DNA of 64,000 bases from Bacteroidota bacterium (GTDB taxonomy: Bacteria > Bacteroidota > Bacteroidia > Bacteroidales > GCA-2748055): contig JBDLIQ010000007.1 in assembly GCA_039714775.1 (NCBI GenBank), positions 613-64,612 of the forward strand. Direction: 5' to 3'. Below, piece after piece: positions 52,676-60,819 of this stretch. The translations under genes and the position numbers were made by a program. The notes beneath the pieces are model-generated. The model was not told the DNA's origin and searched no databases. It was given only the letters and a program-made list of their open reading frames with translations. The number at the start of each line of letters is the position of its first letter. Position 1 is the stretch's first letter.

Positions 52676-53040
52676 TTCAGCGATTTGTATTGATTGATTT
52701 CCAGAGATTTATTTTGCCTGTGTAGCTTCAGGGCAAAGGTGAGCATCAACGCAGTGATCCCCACGCCGATCACAATGGCTGTGAGCACCAGCGCCTGGGG
52801 AACAGGATCTGTGACCAGTTCTGCGGCCCCGCCTGCAGGCACTGCATCATCAATGATTGGAGCGGTGCGGCCCCGGATGTACCCGATTGCCACAAGCAGG
52901 AGGTGGATGCTGGTGTCGATGATGCTGAAGCTGATGATCATCTTAATGATGTTCTTCTGGGAGATAATGCCCCACAGACCAGCAATCAGCAGCAAAAAAC
53001 CGGCTATTACAGCGATATATTCAATGCTAAAGTTGTTCAT
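52669..53040 (-). CDS. MbsG (MrpC/MnhC-like)
   Basis: NIIKMII, DPVPQALVLTAIVIG. Confidence 0.92.
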   Translation of the reverse strand: MNNFSIEYIAVIAGFLLLIAGLWGIISQKNIIKMIISFSIIDTSIHLLLVAIGYIRGRTAPIIDDAVPAGGAAELVTDPVPQALVLTAIVIGVGITALMLTFALKLHRQNKSLEINQYKSLKW

Positions 53041-53740
53041 CTTTCTTACCCTGTATTTGGTTCAGTTCAAGTATGATTGTTGATAATTCGGCCCCCACCT
53101 TGAGTCCGATCAGGCTGTATATGATGGGGATGGCTCCTGCACTGAGCAGTCTGCCCATTGTTCCGACAGGCAGGATCTTGTTGTCGAGGAAACCGGCAGC
53201 CAGGAGCACGCCAAGGATACCAATCAGCACGAAAGTAAAGCCCGACAGAGATTCTGTGAGTTCAAGCAGGCGGTGACCGGTTTTGGAGTGGGTGACAGAG
53301 ATCAGCAGGAGGATGAAGGTGGAGGCCAGGATGGCTCCTCCCTGGAACCCCCCTCCCGGGGTGAGGTGTCCGTTGATAAAGATGTATACACCAATCAGGG
53401 CGATCATGGGCATCAGCACTTTCGCTGCGGTGACCATAAATTCACTCGATTCCCTTACGAATTCTGTTCCTCTCCCTTTTTCGGTTTTCAGCAGCAGGCC
53501 GATGATGGCAGCAGTGAGGAAAAGGATGGTAACCTCCCCCAGGGTGTCGAGCCCGCGATATGTAACCACCACTGCAGTGACCAGGTTGGCTGCACCTGTT
53601 TCAGCGGGCCCCTGTTCTGCATAGTAGCGGGCCGTATCGTTGAGTTCGGTCCGGCTGTTGAAATCTGTATAGAGACTGTACATCATCCAGGTCACCAACC
53701 CGATGATGACAAGGAGAAGGCTATTTTTCAGGATCTTCAT
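53027..53740 (-). CDS. MbsE/F (MrpB/MnhB-like)
   Basis: NLVTAVVVTYRGLDTLGEV, GHLTPGGGFQGG; probable start ATG 53740. Confidence 0.9.
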   Translation of the reverse strand: MKILKNSLLLVIIGLVTWMMYSLYTDFNSRTELNDTARYYAEQGPAETGAANLVTAVVVTYRGLDTLGEVTILFLTAAIIGLLLKTEKGRGTEFVRESSEFMVTAAKVLMPMIALIGVYIFINGHLTPGGGFQGGAILASTFILLLISVTHSKTGHRLLELTESLSGFTFVLIGILGVLLAAGFLDNKILPVGTMGRLLSAGAIPIIYSLIGLKVGAELSTIILELNQIQGKKDEQL

Positions 53741-53972
53741 GGCGGATCTTGTTAAGAACATAAAAGAATATGGCAACGGTCAGCACGCTTCCGATGGAAG
53801 CTTCAGTAATGGCCACATCAGGCGCTGACATGAAGATGTAGACCACTGAGGCAAACAGGCTGATGATACCCGATGCAATAACGGCTACCTGCAGGTTCTT
53901 ATGGTGGATGGCAACCAGGGCCATCGACAGCATAACCACAGCGAGCAGGAGAACGAGGATGGTTTGGATCAT
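53721..53972 (-). CDS. MbsD (DUF4040/MrpA C-terminal-like)
   Basis: APDVAITEASIG. Confidence 0.88.
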   Translation of the reverse strand: MIQTILVLLLAVVMLSMALVAIHHKNLQVAVIASGIISLFASVVYIFMSAPDVAITEASIGSVLTVAIFFYVLNKIRHEDPEK

Positions 53973-53976
53973 GACG

Positions 53977-54324
53977 CTATTTCTTAGATTTTTGGCTTTC
54001 CCTGCGATCGGCCTTCAGGGCATCGATATGGGTTTTGTCCGACAGCGGGAGTCCTGTAAAATGGGCTACCCTTCCCAGAACGTGTGATGAAACCGGGTTT
54101 GATATTAATATAAAGACGATCAGCAGGATGATCTTCAGCAACCAGTCGGGATGCACCAACCCGATACCCAGCAGGGTTAGCATAGAGCCGAGGGTGGTGG
54201 CTTTGGTTCCTGCCTGGATCCGGTTGAAAATGTCAGGCATTCGAAGCAACCCGATGGCTGCAAACAGTATAAAAAGGGAGCCTATAAGGCTTAATATGGC
54301 TCCTGAAATGGTTAAGAAATCCAT
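53977..54324 (-). CDS. MbsC (MrpG/MnhG-like)
   Basis: GLLRMPDIFNRIQAGTKATTLG, NPVSSH; probable start ATG 54324. Confidence 0.9.
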   Translation of the reverse strand: MDFLTISGAILSLIGSLFILFAAIGLLRMPDIFNRIQAGTKATTLGSMLTLLGIGLVHPDWLLKIILLIVFILISNPVSSHVLGRVAHFTGLPLSDKTHIDALKADRRESQKSKK

Positions 54325-54325
54325 G

Positions 54326-54586
54326 TTACAAGCTTTTTTCAAGATATTTGGCAACCACAATGACACCGATAAAACTGAGAATGGCATAGACGATCGATAC
54401 GTCCAGAATGATCTTCCTTCCCAGGAAATGGGCAAGCAGGACAATCAGTCCGATGCTGCTGATGGTAAGTACATCGAGAGCCACCACCCGGTCCGCAACC
54501 GAACTGCCTTTGAGAAACCGTACAATGACCAGCAGGAATGAGATTCCGATGATCAATAGCGAAATTGATAGAATTGTATTAACCAT
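54326..54586 (-). CDS. MbsB (MrpF/MnhF-like)
   Basis: RFLKGSSVADRVVALD, LSFIG. Confidence 0.9.
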   Translation of the reverse strand: MVNTILSISLLIIGISFLLVIVRFLKGSSVADRVVALDVLTISSIGLIVLLAHFLGRKIILDVSIVYAILSFIGVIVVAKYLEKSL

Positions 54587-55073
54587 AAATTACCTCCAGA
54601 TATTTTTCAAATTTCCTGATAACCTCTTTTCCGTACTGCTCCGGATCCGTTGCATCGACATATACACAATGAATGTACAGGGTGTCGTCAATGATGTCGA
54701 TGGTGAAGGTGCCCGGTGTAAGGGTAATCGAATTGGCCAGGATCAACCTTGCCATTTTCGATTGAAGGGTGGTGGTGGCCTTGATGATGCCCGGTTTGAT
54801 GGGCAGGGAGGGGCTCAATACCCTTTTTGCCATATCGAAGTTGGCTTTGACCAGCTCACCCAGAAAAGTTCCAAGGAACAGCAGGGTGTAGAGGAGGGAT
54901 TTGAGGGAGAGGTTCAATTCATCGAAGACCGAACAATTCCGGCAAACCGCAAATGAAATGGCAAGAGCGACCAGGGCTCCCGACAGAAGATACTCTGTTG
55001 CGGCCGATTGGTTCAGTATGAGCCATGCTGCAAACAGAATAACAAAAATGATACTAATGGCTTTAAACTTCAT
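54579..55073 (-). CDS. MbsA (MrpE/MnhE-like)
   Basis: KANFDMA, PGII, LANSITLTPGT, LYIH. Confidence 0.92.
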   Translation of the reverse strand: MKFKAISIIFVILFAAWLILNQSAATEYLLSGALVALAISFAVCRNCSVFDELNLSLKSLLYTLLFLGTFLGELVKANFDMAKRVLSPSLPIKPGIIKATTTLQSKMARLILANSITLTPGTFTIDIIDDTLYIHCVYVDATDPEQYGKEVIRKFEKYLEVIYG

Positions 55074-55086
55074 AACAATGGACGTT

Positions 55087-55809
55087 TCATAGTAATGGAC
55101 GTTTCATATTTTTAAGAAACTCTTTATGGATCTTTTTCAGTTGCTCCACATCCAGACCGGTTCCGTAAATCCTCAGGAAATCGTGAAAGGCGGGTTTGTC
55201 CAGCCAGTATCCTATGGCGGCATCGAAGTTTCTGAACTTGCTGTTTGATTTCTGATAGGTGATCAGTTTTTCAAAAGTGCTCCAATCCAGATGCTCCGGA
55301 ATCATCAGGTAGTACAGTCCGTTGGAGGTGCTGTTCTGATAGATATCCTGCGCAATTTGACGAATCTCAAAAAATGATTTCAGGTGGATATGAGCAAAAA
55401 AACTATTGGGGGTTTTCTCCTTCAGGAGTTTGAATTTGAGCTGGTTGAGCGACTCAATGACCCCCGGTAGCTGTTCGGGATCAACCTCTTTCACCCTGAA
55501 TGCATTCAGATGCTCACCTTTCATGCGGATTACCGACGGACAGATGTTTACAGAGAGCTTTGACTGAAGCTCCAGGCTGATCCTGCAAAGGTTCTCTGCC
55601 TCCAGGTGGTCCGGGGTTTGAAAAGGAATGTAGTAGGAGAGCTCTTTGCAGCTGTTGTCGGCCGGCTCCTCTTCATTACAGTAATACCCGGGGAAGGGAT
55701 CCGGTGAATAGAGAACCTGCTGTTTGGTAGCAAATGGCAAGGGGGCAGCTGAAAGGGTCTCCCTTTTCAATATGGAACCAAACCTGAGTGTTGATTGTTT
55801 CAAATTCAT
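55087..55809 (-). CDS. Hypothetical protein, first gene of the mbs operon; paralog of 42629..43339
   Basis: About 240 aa; PFPGYY, LDWSTFEKL, RNFDAAIG, DFLRIY; ATG 55809 lies downstream of a minus-strand promoter. Confidence 0.7.
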   Translation of the reverse strand: MNLKQSTLRFGSILKRETLSAAPLPFATKQQVLYSPDPFPGYYCNEEEPADNSCKELSYYIPFQTPDHLEAENLCRISLELQSKLSVNICPSVIRMKGEHLNAFRVKEVDPEQLPGVIESLNQLKFKLLKEKTPNSFFAHIHLKSFFEIRQIAQDIYQNSTSNGLYYLMIPEHLDWSTFEKLITYQKSNSKFRNFDAAIGYWLDKPAFHDFLRIYGTGLDVEQLKKIHKEFLKNMKRPLL

Positions 55810-55829
55810 TAGCTTTGTCAATCAGGATG

Positions 55830-55837
55830 CAAATATA
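55830..55837 (-). promoter_or_regulatory. -7 promoter element of the mbs operon
   Basis: TATATTTG on the minus strand, 20 nt before ATG 55809. Confidence 0.6.
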
Positions 55838-55891
55838 TTTCCTGTTGCGTTTGTTTTTTCACAATTCGTTATGAGATGTTGACGGCTTTAA

Positions 55892-55907
55892 ATTGAGATA
55901 TCTCACA
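55892..55907. promoter_or_regulatory. Candidate Crp/Fnr binding site
   Basis: ATTGA-GATATC-TCACA matches TGTGA/TTGA-N6-TCACA spacing, in the divergent region next to a crp/fnr gene. Confidence 0.55.
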
Positions 55908-55920
55908 TTTCCAGTTTTGC

Positions 55921-56619
55921 ATGCAGAGTTTTAACCGTAAATTGAATTGTTCACAGTGTTCGCATCGAACCCAATGTTTTTTCAACGGCCTGTCCGATCC
56001 TGAATATGAATTTCTCTATTCGAACAAGAAGGAGGTGGATTTCAAGGCTGGTGAAACTATTTACAAGCAGGGTACCGAATCAAAATACCTGGTCTTCCTG
56101 CTTTCGGGGATGGCAAAAATTTATGTGGAGGGGGACAGTGGAAAGAATTTTATCCTCGAGTTGGTCAAACCTTTCCAGTTTCTCGATATCCCGGCCATTT
56201 TTGAGGATGACATGCTCTACCGTTCCAGTGCTGCCGTGGTAGATTCCAGGGCATGCCTTGTGGATATCGAGGCATTTAAGTCGTTCATCCTGGGTAGTAA
56301 TAAAAACATTCCCAAGCTGATAAAACATTTTAACCATGCACAGTCCAGGTATTCGGTCCGGGTCACCAATGTAATCTATAAGAACATGGATGCGCGGATT
56401 GCCGATGCCATTCTCTACCTGGTAAATGAGGTCTATTTTAGCAGGGAGTTCGACATGACCATCAGCAGGAGCGATCTGGCCGACCTGGCCGGTATGTCGC
56501 GTGAGAGTACAAGCCGCATTTTAAGCCAGTTCAAGGCCCAGGATATTCTGACGGTGAAGGGCCGCCGGGTGGAGGTGCTCAACAAGAAGCAGCTGGAGCA
56601 GATTGCCCGGTATGGGTAG
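55921..56619 (+). CDS. Crp/Fnr family regulator with an N-terminal Cys cluster
   Basis: CSQCSHRTQC; cNMP-type domain; HTH SRSDLADLAGMSRESTSRILS. Confidence 0.92.
   Translation: MQSFNRKLNCSQCSHRTQCFFNGLSDPEYEFLYSNKKEVDFKAGETIYKQGTESKYLVFLLSGMAKIYVEGDSGKNFILELVKPFQFLDIPAIFEDDMLYRSSAAVVDSRACLVDIEAFKSFILGSNKNIPKLIKHFNHAQSRYSVRVTNVIYKNMDARIADAILYLVNEVYFSREFDMTISRSDLADLAGMSRESTSRILSQFKAQDILTVKGRRVEVLNKKQLEQIARYG
56561..56619 (+). repeat. Direct repeat copy 1 (3' end of the crp gene)
   Basis: 59 bp, 53/59 identical to 57273-57331. Confidence 0.9.
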
Positions 56620-56650
56620 GAGCTGTTGGTTTTGCATTTGAACCGAATTC

Positions 56651-56671
56651 TGTATATCTTTGCAATATACA
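56651..56671 (+). promoter_or_regulatory. TA promoter with an inverted repeat (probable antitoxin operator)
   Basis: TGTATAT-N7-ATATACA overlapping TATCTTTG (-7 element). Confidence 0.55.
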
Positions 56672-56674
56672 ATT

Positions 56675-56974
56675 ATGAAAACAGTATTCTCAGATTGTAT
56701 TGGTTTTGATTGGGATGAAGGAAACTCAGAAAAGAACTGGATTCTCCATCAGGTGAGTAGAAATGAGTGTGAGCAGGTTTTTTTCAATGCTCCCATTGCA
56801 GTGGCTGATGATCTGTTTCATTCACAATCAGAGAAGCGATGGTTTATATTGGGTAAGACTGATAGTGATCGCCTGCTGTTTCTGGTTTTTACGATTAGAA
56901 AAAATTTGATTCGTATTATCTCAGCAAGAGATATGAGTAAAAAGGAGAGGAGGTTTTATAATGAAAAAAGTTAA
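56675..56974 (+). CDS. brnT: BrnT family toxin
   Basis: GFDWDEGNSEKNW..H.VS..ECEQVF, HSQSEKRW, IRIISARDM. Confidence 0.9.
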   Translation: MKTVFSDCIGFDWDEGNSEKNWILHQVSRNECEQVFFNAPIAVADDLFHSQSEKRWFILGKTDSDRLLFLVFTIRKNLIRIISARDMSKKERRFYNEKS

Positions 56975-57239
56975 GAAGATACCTGTTTTTAAAAATAGTG
57001 ATGAAGAACGTGCGTTCTGGAGAGATCATGATTCTTCTGATTATGTGGATTGGGAGTCCTCGGAAAGAATACTCTTCAGTAATCTTAAACCAACCACGAA
57101 AACCATCTCACTTCGTCTGCCTGAATACATTATAGATGAACTAAAACTGCTTGCACACAAGAAAGATGTTCCTTACCAGTCACTGATAAAGATCTTCCTG
57201 AAGGATAGAATAGACCGGGAATTGCGTCAGGCTCTCTAA
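56961..57239 (+). CDS. brnA: BrnA/CopG-type antitoxin
   Basis: IPVFKNSDEERAFW..HDS, KTISLRLP, VPYQSLIK; overlaps the toxin gene. Confidence 0.88.
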   Translation: MKKVKKIPVFKNSDEERAFWRDHDSSDYVDWESSERILFSNLKPTTKTISLRLPEYIIDELKLLAHKKDVPYQSLIKIFLKDRIDRELRQAL

Positions 57240-57272
57240 CCTCACCTGTTTTGGCATCCTCTTAAATCTAGA

Positions 57273-57331
57273 GCCGCCGGGTTGAGGTGCTCAATAAGAA
57301 GCAGCTGGAGCAGATTGCCCGCTACGGGTGA
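57273..57331 (+). repeat. Direct repeat copy 2 (orphan crp 3' fragment)
   Basis: Encodes the same RRVEVLNKKQLEQIARYG* with only synonymous differences. Confidence 0.9.
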
Positions 57332-57344
57332 TGCCAAATGGATC

Positions 57345-57779
57345 TTAATTTGCCGGTTTCAGAACAATCTCGGAGGTAATCTCCAGTGCCTTTTTATAGA
57401 CCTCGCTTACACCACAGTAACGGTCTTCGGAGAGTGAAACAGCCTTTTTGATCTTCTCCATGGGGAGGTCATCGCCTTCAATCTCATAGGTCACATGCAT
57501 TTTATGAAAATGCCTGGGGTGTTCGGTGGTGAGTCCACCCTCTACCTTCACATTGAGGCCCTTGATGTCGACCCTCATCTTCTTCAGGATGGAGACCACA
57601 TCCATACCGGTGCAGCCACCCAGGGCGGCCAGCATGAACGGTTTGGGCCTGGGACCCAGGTCTTCACCTCCCACATCGGTATCTGCATCGATGATGATCT
57701 TATGTCCGTTGATATCTGTTTCAAAGGACATGTTCTCACGCCATGTGGTGGTTACCACCTCTTTCTCTTTCACTGCCAT
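57345..57779 (-). CDS. OsmC/YhfA family protein
   Basis: GPRPK..LAALGGCTGMDVVSILKKMR, SEDRYCGVS. Confidence 0.9.
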   Translation of the reverse strand: MAVKEKEVVTTTWRENMSFETDINGHKIIIDADTDVGGEDLGPRPKPFMLAALGGCTGMDVVSILKKMRVDIKGLNVKVEGGLTTEHPRHFHKMHVTYEIEGDDLPMEKIKKAVSLSEDRYCGVSEVYKKALEITSEIVLKPAN

Positions 57780-57869
57780 TTTTATCAATTTTAATGCTAT
57801 CCTGATCTATTAACTTCGTTGAGCCCCATGTGGTTCATTTAAATAGTTGAGGCTATGTAAATTTACATT

Positions 57870-58376
57870 TTAAAACAATGTGAACTTCAGGTTCATAAAA
57901 CGCATCATATCCTCCACTTCGAGCGATACTTTTTCAATGATCGTCTCAACCTCGCCACCGAATATTTTTCCCATGACGGCTCCGTTCATTGTGGATACAT
58001 AGACCTGTCCGTCAGATTTTTCATAGACGGCAAATGTTTTGGGCATCATGTTCCCGATCTGTTTGCGGTCATCGGCGCTCAGCATATCTGAAGAATAGCT
58101 TCCCGAACAATATTTAATGATCTTAAAATTCCCGATGGGATATCCTCCATTCTCGGAGACCTCCCTGTTCTGGTCGATGATCCCTGTGACGTGCCAGCCA
58201 TCTTTGGCATTGATCCGGTCAGACATGACCGTGACGGTCTTTTCGAAATCGTAAGGGCTCTTAATCTCCTTGATCATCATCTCTTTGGAGGAGATACTGA
58301 CAACGATACCAGAGAAGATGATTCCGGCAATAAATCCGAAAATGAGGTAAATAACAGTGCTGATTTTAGTTTTCAT
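57870..58376 (-). CDS. DUF302 family protein with an N-terminal anchor
   Basis: SPYDFEKTV, IIKYC, MMPKTFAVYEKSDGQVYVS. Confidence 0.75.
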   Translation of the reverse strand: MKTKISTVIYLIFGFIAGIIFSGIVVSISSKEMMIKEIKSPYDFEKTVTVMSDRINAKDGWHVTGIIDQNREVSENGGYPIGNFKIIKYCSGSYSSDMLSADDRKQIGNMMPKTFAVYEKSDGQVYVSTMNGAVMGKIFGGEVETIIEKVSLEVEDMMRFMNLKFTLF

Positions 58377-58386
58377 AACGGTATAA

Positions 58387-59337
58387 TTAATCTTCATTTA
58401 CACAAATTTCACCCTGTCTGATCTTTCCCAGGGTTTTCCATGTTACAAAGCCGATGGTGAGAATGGCCAGGGTAAACATGACAAATGATAAGTATTTATA
58501 TATAGGCTGTGCTGTGATCTGGTAAGCAACAACCGAGGCCAGGGTAATGGCGTCGAGTGGAAAGGTAAATGCCCACCAGGAGATAAAGAACTTGAGGTTC
58601 TTAAAGCTTTTATAGAGGAAAAAGAGCAGCACCACGAAAAAATAGGCCAGGAAGAGCATGAAATATGCAAAGGTGTCCAGGCTCTGTCCGATCCTGATGT
58701 ATGCAATAAATCCTATGGCCGGTGGTGCGATCAGTATGAAAAGGGTGGGGATAAACTTCTGGGGTAGCTGGTGGTGGAAGATGGCCCGGTTCAGAAAAAT
58801 GATAAACAGAACCACCCAAAAGAAGAATCCCACGGCGAAATAGAAAAAGGAGAATGCCTTTGGCATAAATTCCACTCCCACTACAGGGATCAGGATGTTT
58901 CCTACCACCGGGATGAACCATGCCGGGTTCATAAACTGGATCTCAAAGTTATGTCTGATCCAGAAGCTGATGGTGTAGAACATGAGCACCGTGTGCAACA
59001 AAATCCCCACCCACCAGAAAATCATGGAGAGAAAGGGCCAGTATCCCAGGAAGGCTATGGATTGCAGCAGGAACGAAATGGATATGGCCGAAAAGAAGTT
59101 GATCCGGATCCTGTGGTTGAAGTCCGCCTTCACCTCATCAAAGTGTTTGATGGCCTTGCGGCCGTACAGGAAGCTGATAACCAGGAAAAGCCCCAGTGTA
59201 AAAAACAGCAATCCGTCAAACAGAATTTTGGGCATCCATTGCATGTGATAGAACTTGCCAAACACAATGGCCAGTCCTGTTAACCCCATGATGATTGCAT
59301 AGGCTGTGATTGGAAAAAATTGTATGCGCTCTTTCAT
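58387..59337 (-). CDS. SLAC1/TehA (TDT family) anion channel
   Basis: IMGLTGL, NPAWFIPVVGN, PTLFILIAPP, SWWAFTFP. Confidence 0.9.
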   Translation of the reverse strand: MKERIQFFPITAYAIIMGLTGLAIVFGKFYHMQWMPKILFDGLLFFTLGLFLVISFLYGRKAIKHFDEVKADFNHRIRINFFSAISISFLLQSIAFLGYWPFLSMIFWWVGILLHTVLMFYTISFWIRHNFEIQFMNPAWFIPVVGNILIPVVGVEFMPKAFSFFYFAVGFFFWVVLFIIFLNRAIFHHQLPQKFIPTLFILIAPPAIGFIAYIRIGQSLDTFAYFMLFLAYFFVVLLFFLYKSFKNLKFFISWWAFTFPLDAITLASVVAYQITAQPIYKYLSFVMFTLAILTIGFVTWKTLGKIRQGEICVNED

Positions 59338-59348
59338 CCGTTTAAAAT

Positions 59349-60275
59349 TTAAGATCTGATGTATTCGGCAGCCCCCAGGGAGGCGATGGTCCCGTCGGCT
59401 ACTGCAGTGGTTACCTGGCGGTATTTTTTTGCAATGCAGTCTCCTGCAGCAAATACCCCCGGAACACTGGTTTTCATCTCACCATCAGCGACGATCTCTT
59501 TCCGCTCGTTGAGGGCAATGATCCCCTCCAGATCGGTCGTATTGGGCATATAACCCACGAAAATGAATGCACCATCGATTCTCTTTGATGTGACATCTCC
59601 CGTAGGAAGGTGTTCGATGGTTACCTCCTGCAAACCGCCTTCACCTGTAAATGAACGAAGCTCCGATTCCATGATGAACTCAATCTTCGGATTCTGTTTT
59701 GCCTGATCAATGGCATGCTGAAATGCCTGGAAATGGTCGAACTGGTGTACGATGGTCACCTTCTCAGCATGGTTGGTGAGTGCGACTGCCTCTTCCAGGG
59801 CCGAGTTTCCGCCTCCAACAACAATGATCTCCTTTCCGGTGAAGAATTCACCATCACAGGTGGCGCAGTAGGAGATCCCGCTTCCCTTAAAGGTCTCTTC
59901 ACCCGGAATATTAAGCGGGCGGGGTCTTCCGCCCGGGGTGAGGATCACAGTGCTTGATTCGAACTCCCTGCCATCTTCCAGTACAATGCGCTTTACCTCC
60001 CCCTCCAGCTCATAGGATTTCACCTTGATGTTTGATTTGATCTTGCAGCCAAAGGTTTTAGCCTGTGTTTTCATGGTGTTGGCAAGCATGTACCCGTGGG
60101 TCTTCTCTACACCAGGGTAATTTGCAATCTCTTCGGTGAGCACCATCTGGCCTCCCACTGCTCCCTCGTTGAGGATCAGTGTTGAAAGGCGGGCACGGGA
60201 GGTGTATATTCCCGCTGTAAGGCCGGCAGCTCCTGCACCCACGATGATGACATCGTATCTTTCGTTCATGTTCAT
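59349..60275 (-). CDS. Thioredoxin reductase-family flavoprotein, HQF type
   Basis: GAGAAGL, SYCATCDG, GGGNSA, VHQFDHFQA in place of HRRxxxR, FAAGD..RQVTTA. Confidence 0.9.
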   Translation of the reverse strand: MNMNERYDVIIVGAGAAGLTAGIYTSRARLSTLILNEGAVGGQMVLTEEIANYPGVEKTHGYMLANTMKTQAKTFGCKIKSNIKVKSYELEGEVKRIVLEDGREFESSTVILTPGGRPRPLNIPGEETFKGSGISYCATCDGEFFTGKEIIVVGGGNSALEEAVALTNHAEKVTIVHQFDHFQAFQHAIDQAKQNPKIEFIMESELRSFTGEGGLQEVTIEHLPTGDVTSKRIDGAFIFVGYMPNTTDLEGIIALNERKEIVADGEMKTSVPGVFAAGDCIAKKYRQVTTAVADGTIASLGAAEYIRS

Positions 60276-60281
60276 GCCAGA

Positions 60282-60644
60282 CTATTTTGCAACCTCGGCA
60301 ACAAATTGTTCATCCAGGATGGAGGTGATCTGGGCCATGTTTTGAATGCTGCTGGTGGCTTTAGCAACCTGGCCATTCTTATAATACATGGTGAAGGGCA
60401 GTCCCATAAATCCCCTGCATTCGGGTGCATTGCGGATAATGTGTGCTTCTGGTGTGTCAAAAGCCATTACGGCAAATTTTATATTGGTGCGCTCCTCTTC
60501 AAGCTCTTCCATTACGTCATATACCGGGATACACATGGGACCCATCCGGCCACAGCAGACCATTACGTTTTCGTTTTCTGCAATCAGCTTCTCAAGTTCA
60601 GCTGCTGTTTCAATCTCCTGTAAATTCGTGTGTAACATCTTCAT
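60282..60644 (-). CDS. Atypical thioredoxin-fold protein
   Basis: CCGRMGPMCIPV active-site region, GLPFTMYYKNG cis-Pro loop; directly upstream of the reductase. Confidence 0.8.
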   Translation of the reverse strand: MKMLHTNLQEIETAAELEKLIAENENVMVCCGRMGPMCIPVYDVMEELEEERTNIKFAVMAFDTPEAHIIRNAPECRGFMGLPFTMYYKNGQVAKATSSIQNMAQITSILDEQFVAEVAK

Positions 60645-60819
60645 TTTTTTACTTTTTTATGGTTATAGAATTCGTTGTTTTCAAATGAGCTGCAAAAGTC
60701 TGCTATTTTCCTCAGGCCGCCATCAAAACAGGGGTGGAACTCCATAGGTTTTTTTCTATCATTTTACAGGTTTTGAATTATCTTTGGGTGATTTATTACG
60801 TTTTTTGACCATCCATTTA

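Noticed and set aside
44401-55073. Calling the operon a group 4 [NiFe]-hydrogenase or canonical complex I
   Set aside because: The large subunit lacks both CxxC Ni-binding motifs and no maturation genes are present. There are no NuoEFG genes, and a full Mrp set is present instead.
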